Shown piece after piece: positions 42,050-46,501 of a stretch of DNA of 46,501 nt; positions within the stretch are counted from its first letter, which is position 1, and the number at the start of each line of letters is the position of its first letter. This DNA comes from a virus. Under the pieces are notes generated by a model. That model saw only the letters and a program-made list of their open reading frames with translations, did no database searches and was not told where the DNA came from. The DNA lies in IMG/VR virus record IMGVR_UViG_3300047333_000105, positions 1-46,501 of that record. One strand, written 5' to 3'. The translations under genes and the position numbers were made by a program.

Positions 42050-42080
42050 GATCTGCCCACCTTACCATCTCTTGTACGAA

Positions 42081-42962
42081 TCATACTTCCTGTGTTGGGA
42101 CCTTCTCGGCTTGTTCCTTCATGAATCTCTCCATGACATACTCGGCCTTGAGACGGCGATTCTTGCCCGAGAGTTCGAGATCGGAGTTCAGTTCGACGTA
42201 GTCATAGATGAGATCAAGACACCACTTCGTGTACTCTCCGTAGCCACGGTACTCAGGATGTCCTTGTACGCCCAGACAGCATGTGTCACGGATGAAATAG
42301 GCTTCGACGTCCTGATGACCTCCAGTGGACTTCATATGGTCGTTATACCACCTGTTCTTCGATTGGTGGCCATGGGCGATGACATCCATACCCGGACCTG
42401 GAATGACCATCTGGTGGTGTACGGAAGAGACGGCATTGATATAACGCTTGTTCTTTCGGTCGAACATTCCGTGGGGTTGGTTGTGACCGTCGACGTCCTG
42501 ATAGAGCTTGAAGCCATTCATCACTGCAAGGAACTGGGCACCACGGCAGACGCCAAACATTGGGATACCGAGAGTCTTGCAGATATTGAAGAGACGGATG
42601 TCTTGGATGTCACGCTCTTCGTCGTGTACGGTCGTTGAATGAGGCATCTCTCCGTACAGGGCAGGATCGACGTCTGCACCGCCTGCGAAGACGACCAGAT
42701 CAGCTTCTTCAGGAGTCTTGGCGTTGTAACACCGGGCCCGAGAGAACATCTCGGCGAACTGTTTCTTCTCAAAAGGGGAGCCTGTGAGGTATACTGACAG
42801 CCACAGCTCCGGCATCTCCAGCACCGAGTCTTTTTGTAGGACTACTTTGTGTTGTCCTAGCAGGAGGGGTGGAGAACCATTTGGTGTAATGGTATTCGTC
42901 CCAGCATCTTTCTGCATCGACATATTCCTGATCCTTTTTTGTCTTCTGGATTGTTTTGACAT
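42081..42962 (-). CDS. Class I glutamine amidotransferase / peptidase C26 (gamma-glutamyl hydrolase, PuuD-like)
   Basis: VVFAGGADVDPALYG, GIPMFGVCRGAQFLAV (nucleophile Cys), VHHQ and GVQGHPEY (His/Glu). The likely start is ATG 42923, with AAGGA 9 nt upstream. Confidence 0.85.
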   Translation of the reverse strand: MSKQSRRQKRIRNMSMQKDAGTNTITPNGSPPLLLGQHKVVLQKDSVLEMPELWLSVYLTGSPFEKKQFAEMFSRARCYNAKTPEEADLVVFAGGADVDPALYGEMPHSTTVHDEERDIQDIRLFNICKTLGIPMFGVCRGAQFLAVMNGFKLYQDVDGHNQPHGMFDRKNKRYINAVSSVHHQMVIPGPGMDVIAHGHQSKNRWYNDHMKSTGGHQDVEAYFIRDTCCLGVQGHPEYRGYGEYTKWCLDLIYDYVELNSDLELSGKNRRLKAEYVMERFMKEQAEKVPTQEV

Positions 42963-43083
42963 CCATGTGATCCACTTCAGATAATACGACCTCCGTCATA
43001 AGGGCGAAGGCCTCGTCGTGATAGCCCCACTCCTTTAGCCCGATGGCACGATAAAGTTTGAACTCGTTGAGGGCATTTCTCAT
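42769..43083 (-). CDS. Hypothetical protein (up to 104 aa); its 3' half overlaps the C26 gene out of frame
   Basis: The N-terminal ~55 aa look protein-like (MRNALNEFKLYRAIGLKEWGYHDEAFALMTEVV...). The rest overlaps the better-supported C26 frame by at least 155 nt. Confidence 0.4.
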   Translation of the reverse strand: MRNALNEFKLYRAIGLKEWGYHDEAFALMTEVVLSEVDHMDVKTIQKTKKDQEYVDAERCWDEYHYTKWFSTPPARTTQSSPTKRLGAGDAGAVAVSIPHRLPF

Positions 43084-43095
43084 ATCCTTCTTTCC

Positions 43096-43785
43096 TTATG
43101 CCGGTTCGGTTACGGCCTTGGCTGCGAAAGGGTTGGAAGCTGCCTTGGCCTCGGCAGGGACGTGACCCTTGATCTCCGACTCGCCGTAAATCTTCGTCTT
43201 GCGGGAATGCCAGATTTCGTGAGGAGTCATCGTCGGCTCAGGAATCTTCAGCCATGCTACAGGAGGTGTGAAAGGATCAGCGACGGCTGCATTCGAGATA
43301 TTCCGAAAAAGGGCAAAGATGTGGTTCTTGTGAGGTCTCGTCTCTCCTTTGACAGGTTCTTCCGGGACAGTTTTGTCAGTGTAGACGGAATTTCCTACCG
43401 TACGAAGGAATTCGAAGCCTTCGGCCTTGAGAATTTTCAGCCACTCCTTTCCGTTCCGATCCGACATCTGACTGTCAGAAAAGACGGCAAAGAAGGTATG
43501 ATCGGGCATATCACTTGTCCCGAAAGTACCAATACGTATGAAATTCTCGAAGACTTCACGGTTGGTCTTGCCAAGATAGGCAAATTCCGACTTGCCGTTG
43601 ACAGTCACAGTCAGGGCCTGATCGTTCTTGCCGTCACGGTCGCCGTGGTAGAGTTGGACGGAGGCAGGTGCATCAGGGTCGTTCACAAAACCCTGAATGA
43701 TATCGACGGCACAACAGCCGATACCTTCACCGCCATGCTGTGAGCCGAAACGCAGGAACTCGATCTTGCTTGCAGAATATGCCAT
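43096..43785 (-). CDS. Uncharacterised protein (229 aa) with an H-x-G-x(n)-CC-x-(I/V)-x-x-I-x-GF N-terminal motif; paralogue of 44171..44596
   Basis: FGSQHGGEGIGCCAVDIIQGF. ATG 43785 overlaps the upstream stop (TGATG) and has AGGAG 9 nt upstream. Confidence 0.7.
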   Translation of the reverse strand: MAYSASKIEFLRFGSQHGGEGIGCCAVDIIQGFVNDPDAPASVQLYHGDRDGKNDQALTVTVNGKSEFAYLGKTNREVFENFIRIGTFGTSDMPDHTFFAVFSDSQMSDRNGKEWLKILKAEGFEFLRTVGNSVYTDKTVPEEPVKGETRPHKNHIFALFRNISNAAVADPFTPPVAWLKIPEPTMTPHEIWHSRKTKIYGESEIKGHVPAEAKAASNPFAAKAVTEPA

Positions 43786-44150
43786 CACTTCTTCTCCTCG
43801 TTGGTTTGCTTAACAAGCCATGCGTTGAGAGCTGCCACAGCCTTGGACGCCGTAGGTGTCTTTGCTAAGTCTTGTCCAACATCAATAGCCGCCATGGCGT
43901 AGACTGTATTCTTCGAAGGAATCACAGACGACAAAAGGTTGACAACAAGGGCGAAAGGAATCAGGAAGTATCCTACTTTACGCCAGATTCTCCAGCGCTT
44001 TTCTTCTTCTTCGTCTTCTGCCAACATGGCAATGAATGTAAGGCACCACCCTATAGAAGAGACACAACAGATACCAGAGAGAAAGTTAAGCTCCCCCTGT
44101 ACGTTTCCACAAACGTCGGCAAGATAGAGCATGAGTTTAAGATGGTTCAT
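43785..44150 (-). CDS. Integral membrane protein (121 aa, about 3 TM)
   Basis: Three hydrophobic segments. GGAGGA SD 4 nt upstream of the ATG. Confidence 0.7.
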   Translation of the reverse strand: MNHLKLMLYLADVCGNVQGELNFLSGICCVSSIGWCLTFIAMLAEDEEEEKRWRIWRKVGYFLIPFALVVNLLSSVIPSKNTVYAMAAIDVGQDLAKTPTASKAVAALNAWLVKQTNEEKK

Positions 44151-44170
44151 TTATTCCTCCATGTTTGTTG

Positions 44171-44596
44171 TTAGTCGTCAGGGTCGTAGTCGTATTCCAT
44201 GTTGAGATGATAGATACGACAGATGTTGTAGGAGTTGCTATTCCTAACCTCGTTGACCTGGAGAAAACCTCTCTCCAGAAGCCTCTTTTCGTTGACGACA
44301 ATCTGGTCCCAGTCTCCTTCATAATCACGTGCTAGGACAGCCTCTACGATGCCTCCAGGACGCTCTGCCTTGATGTAGGCAAGGAACCTGTCCAGACGAG
44401 CCTCTACGGTCTCCGCAGGGGCTGAGAGAGTGAAGAAAGAGAGATAGGACCGAACCTCTGACCCGCAGGAGTCTTCGTCGTCGAATTCTGGTTGCTCCTC
44501 CAGCTCAGGCTCCATCACCTTATGAGGATAAGACGGAAAGCCGAAGATGTGTTTGATGCCGCAGCACATACCGTTATGACAGGAAATTCTAAGCAT
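44171..44596 (-). CDS. Uncharacterised protein (141 aa) with the same CC motif; paralogue of 43096..43785
   Basis: MLRISCHNGMCCGIKHIFGF. ATG 44596 has AAGGAG 7 nt upstream (the track start 44650 lies inside the repeat element). Confidence 0.7.
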   Translation of the reverse strand: MLRISCHNGMCCGIKHIFGFPSYPHKVMEPELEEQPEFDDEDSCGSEVRSYLSFFTLSAPAETVEARLDRFLAYIKAERPGGIVEAVLARDYEGDWDQIVVNEKRLLERGFLQVNEVRNSNSYNICRIYHLNMEYDYDPDD

Positions 44597-45035
44597 AGCT
44601 CTTCTCCTTTTCCTTTTCTTGTCGATTTTGCTCCGAGCGGTGCAAAGCACCTAAGGTGCGGAGCGAGGTATACTCCAGCCAATCAGAACCGTGGATCAGT
44701 TTTGAGATATCAGGCTTCTCATGGAATTCATAGATGAAGCCATCGAGTCCGTCGATATTGACGAGATGCCGTACATAGAAGGAATGACCGGGGGCGTCAG
44801 GAATGAAGCCTTCGTAGTCATCCAGACGAGCAAGGCCGTCGTCATCCACCTGAATGACGTCACAGAGGATTGAGTAGCCATCGGGTTCGAGACGCAAGGC
44901 CGGGAACCATCCCATGTCGTACAGGAAGCCTTGTACTTGGACTTGACGACCTGTGTCATGGATGAAATTCATCCAGTGCTGGCGCTCTTCTCGTTTTCGG
45001 AGGGTGCCGTAGGCGAAGACGTTGAGGATTGCCAT
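44589..45035 (-). CDS. AIG2-like gamma-glutamyl cyclotransferase (GGCT/GGACT family)
   Basis: FAYGTLRKRE, GFLYDMGWFPAL and LARLDDYEGF match the YGTL...LD.YE pattern. The last ~25 codons are supplied by repeat copy C. Confidence 0.8.
   Translation of the reverse strand: MAILNVFAYGTLRKREERQHWMNFIHDTGRQVQVQGFLYDMGWFPALRLEPDGYSILCDVIQVDDDGLARLDDYEGFIPDAPGHSFYVRHLVNIDGLDGFIYEFHEKPDISKLIHGSDWLEYTSLRTLGALHRSEQNRQEKEKEKSYA
44629..44668 (-). repeat. Copy C of the ~40-bp structured repeat (reverse orientation), inside the 3' end of the GGCT ORF
   Basis: tgctccgagcggtgcaaagcacctaaggtgcggagcgagg. It has one deletion and one mismatch relative to copy D. Confidence 0.9.
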
Positions 45036-45205
45036 TACAGTTTCTCCTCTTTGAATACCGCTTTCGTTGGAAAGTATTTCTTTGTCACTTCATATATGAC
45101 AACGTCTTCACCTTCTTGGAGACGGACGTCAGCTATCGAGAAAGCCTCTTCATACGAAGGAAACTCCTCAGAAGAGAAGACTTCGACCACGACAAATTTC
45201 GCCAT
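45035..45205 (-). CDS. Small acidic hypothetical protein (56 aa, below the ORF-track cutoff)
   Basis: Hand translation gives MAKFVVVEVFSSEEFPSYEEAFSIADVRLQEGEDVVIYEVTKKYFPTKAVFKEEKL. AAAGGA SD. The TAA overlaps the GGCT ATG (TAATG). Confidence 0.55.
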   Translation of the reverse strand: MAKFVVVEVFSSEEFPSYEEAFSIADVRLQEGEDVVIYEVTKKYFPTKAVFKEEKL

Positions 45206-45229
45206 ATCTTGATCCTTTCAAGTTTGTTA

Positions 45230-45628
45230 TCAAACGGAGGGAAAAGCCCATCCCTGCGAGAGAGCAAACTGCTCCAACTCGTAGCGAGAAATGCTCTGAC
45301 AGCCGATGTTGACGCTGTTCGCATAGTACTTGATATACCGGCCCTCTTGTCCAAAAGCGATATCTTCACCGTTTATGTAGGGTTTTTTGGTAGTCACCCA
45401 ACTCTTCCGTTTGCCTTTGGTGTTGACTGCGCTGTCCGACCAATGTTTGGTCCAACGACGAGACGCCCTTGTCCAAATCTTTTTGAGAGTAGACAGCTTG
45501 ATCTTGTATGATCCTCTGACGGCGTAGCTGTTTTCGACTCTGGTCTCGCTGCAGACACAAGGTTCTGCAAAAGGATAGGTGGGCGTGAGGGCGTCGATGG
45601 CGGCTTTGTTGACGGTGATCTTCTTCAT
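45230..45628 (-). CDS. Basic hypothetical protein (132 aa)
   Basis: GGAG 7 nt upstream of the ATG. First gene after promoter P3 and repeat copy D. Confidence 0.7.
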   Translation of the reverse strand: MKKITVNKAAIDALTPTYPFAEPCVCSETRVENSYAVRGSYKIKLSTLKKIWTRASRRWTKHWSDSAVNTKGKRKSWVTTKKPYINGEDIAFGQEGRYIKYYANSVNIGCQSISRYELEQFALSQGWAFPSV

Positions 45629-45650
45629 AACAATCTCCTATGAGAAAGAG

Positions 45651-45691
45651 TGCTCCTGAGCGGTGCAAAGCACCTAAGGTGCGGAGCGAAG
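45651..45691 (-). repeat. Copy D of the ~40-bp structured repeat (reverse orientation), in the 5' leader of 45230..45628
   Basis: tgctcctgagcggtgcaaagcacctaaggtgcggagcgaag is the exact reverse complement of the consensus. Confidence 0.9.
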
Positions 45692-45730
45692 TTAAAGTAA
45701 GAGGGGAGGGTGGCACAGCCACTATCTAAT

Positions 45731-45773
45731 AGAAGACAAAAGAAAGGGCGAGAAAGGAACCCCCTTCTCACCC
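45731..45773 (-). terminator. Terminator-like hairpin plus U-tract beginning about 4 nt after the predicted P3 start site
   Basis: The minus strand reads GGGUGAGAA-ggggguuccu-UUCUCGCCC (9 bp including one G-U), followed by UUUCUUUUGUCUUC. Confidence 0.5.
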
Positions 45774-45782
45774 TGTACGGAT

Positions 45783-45811
45783 ATTATACCATACTTTTGT
45801 AAATTTGTCAA
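45783..45811 (-). promoter_or_regulatory. Consensus sigma70 promoter P3 with extended -10
   Basis: The minus strand reads TTGACA, a 17-nt spacer ending in tatgg, then TATAAT, followed by atccgtacagg as in P2. Confidence 0.8.
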
Positions 45812-45824
45812 GCAAAAAGTGAAA

Positions 45825-46115
45825 CTATTTAGCTTGATCGAGAACTTTTCTCAACCTAGTCTGCTCTTCGAGGGCAAAGTTGTGCCAGGTTATACCGTGG
45901 GAGTGAGTAGGGAAACGAAAGCAATCCTTGCCGATACCACCTTTCATAGTCTCGATGACGTTGATGGCGGTCTTGAGGGCGTTTTCAAGAGAGCTGACCC
46001 GCGAGATAGCTGCTGCCATAAGGTTGACAGACTGTTGGAGGGCATCTTTGTCAAATGCAGGTTCTTGGGTACGACAGTTGCCGTTACAGCACTTGTCAGG
46101 TGTACAGAGGCACAT
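45825..46115 (-). CDS. Hypothetical protein with a Cys-rich N-terminus (96 aa)
   Basis: MCLCTPDKCCNGNC... GGAGAA SD 6 nt upstream of the ATG. Confidence 0.65.
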   Translation of the reverse strand: MCLCTPDKCCNGNCRTQEPAFDKDALQQSVNLMAAAISRVSSLENALKTAINVIETMKGGIGKDCFRFPTHSHGITWHNFALEEQTRLRKVLDQAK

Positions 46116-46167
46116 CAGTTATTCTCCATTTCTATGGTTTAGTGACGTCGAGTAAGGGCATAAAGTG

Positions 46168-46281
46168 TCAGTCGTTTTCCAACTCCACTACGTAGTCGAT
46201 GTACCTGATGATGCCATCAATGAGGACATAGAGGACAAAAAAGACGATCAGCATTACGCCGAACCAATAGGTGTAGTTCAT
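46168..46281 (-). CDS. Small hydrophobic peptide (37 aa, single TM; below the ORF-track cutoff)
   Basis: Hand translation gives MNYTYWFGVMLIVFFVLYVLIDGIIRYIDYVVELEND. AGGAGA 5 nt upstream of the ATG. Confidence 0.55.
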   Translation of the reverse strand: MNYTYWFGVMLIVFFVLYVLIDGIIRYIDYVVELEND

Positions 46282-46290
46282 CGCAGTCTC

Positions 46291-46440
46291 CTAATTTGAC
46301 CCTGACCCTGACCATGACCATGACCGTGACCCTGACCCTGACCCTGACCATGACCATGACCGTGACCCTGACCATGACCCTGACCCTGACCGTGACCGTG
46401 GCCCTGACCCTGACCGGTATTTTTGTTTAATTGGTCTCAT
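46291..46440 (-). CDS. Possible repeat peptide (49 aa): MRPIKQKYR followed by (S-G/R/W)n, encoded by the hexamer tract
   Basis: ATG 46440 (the same position as 66 in the first copy of the overlap) has GAGG 5 nt upstream; TAG at 46291-46293. The frame is uncertain: see the finding on the GGTCAN tract. Confidence 0.35.
   Translation of the reverse strand: MRPIKQKYRSGSGPRSRSGSGSWSGSRSWSWSGSGSGSRSWSWSGSGSN
46297..46416. repeat. (TGACCN)20 hexanucleotide tandem repeat, reading GGTCAN on the minus strand
   Basis: Read directly. There are 20 units, and all variation is at unit position 6 (G/C/T/A) apart from one change at position 3. The tract continues into the terminal overlap (bases 1-42). Confidence 0.95.
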
Positions 46441-46501
46441 ATCAGCCTCACTTGATAACACCAAAGCTCTCGATAGCCGATGTCTGGATATAGAGGGAGT
46501 T
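46375..46501. repeat. Second copy of the 127-bp terminal overlap (identical to 1-127)
   Basis: Exact identity checked base by base. Confidence 0.95.

Noticed and set aside
42931-42940. A AAA AAG slippery heptamer in ORF 42769..43083, considered as a possible programmed frameshift fusing it to the C26 gene.
   Set aside because: A -1 slip enters the third frame, which stops after about 26 codons. The C26 frame is +1 relative to this ORF, so the heptamer does not join the two ORFs.
1-46501. tRNA genes, CRISPR arrays, integrase/repressor lysogeny module, reverse transcriptase (DGR or retron), and recoded stop codons.
   Set aside because: I found no cloverleaf-like T-arm consensus, no spaced identical repeats of CRISPR type and no recombinase- or RT-like ORF. 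All large genes are open under the standard genetic code.
1-46501. Apparent excess of GTAC/CGTAC.
   Set aside because: It is conspicuous in promoter leaders and around some hairpins. However, spot counts in coding stretches (for example none in 19501-19800) do not suggest genome-wide enrichment. A k-mer count is needed before anything can be claimed.

Overview
The window is one complete, self-closing genome of a tailed dsDNA phage. Bases 1-127 are identical to 46375-46501, giving a unit length of 46374 bp. The organisation is podovirus-like and apparently lytic: I found no integrase, repressor module, tRNA, CRISPR array or phage RNA polymerase. There are two converging arms. (1) A plus-strand late arm (3.7-24.1 kb) encodes a DUF1003 membrane protein, TerS, TerL, portal, scaffold, major capsid, adaptor and tail proteins, a mosaic tail fibre, low-complexity ejection proteins and a 1447-aa internal protein. 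(2) A minus-strand early arm starts near 3.56 kb, runs leftwards through the contig junction and ends at 24.15 kb. It encodes small early genes, a large amide-bond enzyme cluster, a T7-like primase-helicase, a family A DNA polymerase, a gp2.5-like SSB, nucleases, nucleotide-pool enzymes including a ribonucleotide reductase, and a lysis cassette with an embedded Rz/Rz1-type spanin pair, which points to a Gram-negative host. The arms diverge at a 1.6-kb ORF-poor, hairpin-rich control region (2.14-3.76 kb) and converge on a bidirectional terminator (24.10-24.15 kb). Transcription appears to rely on host sigma70: six near-consensus TTGACA-N17-TGnTATAAT promoters are readable. The most interesting content, in order: (a) an ~8-kb cluster (37.1-45.0 kb) combining an ATP-grasp ligase, two amidoligase paralogues, an Ntn glutamine amidotransferase, a C26 gamma-glutamyl hydrolase and an AIG2/GGCT cyclotransferase, plus uncharacterised paralogues, whose product and target are unknown; (b) the long non-coding structured region downstream of the outermost early promoter; (c) an orphan antisense promoter followed by an AT-rich segment and iterons (candidate origin); (d) two hexanucleotide tandem tracts that both yield His-rich reading frames; (e) several families of exact short repeats. 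All functional calls come from motifs read by eye. No database search was run.
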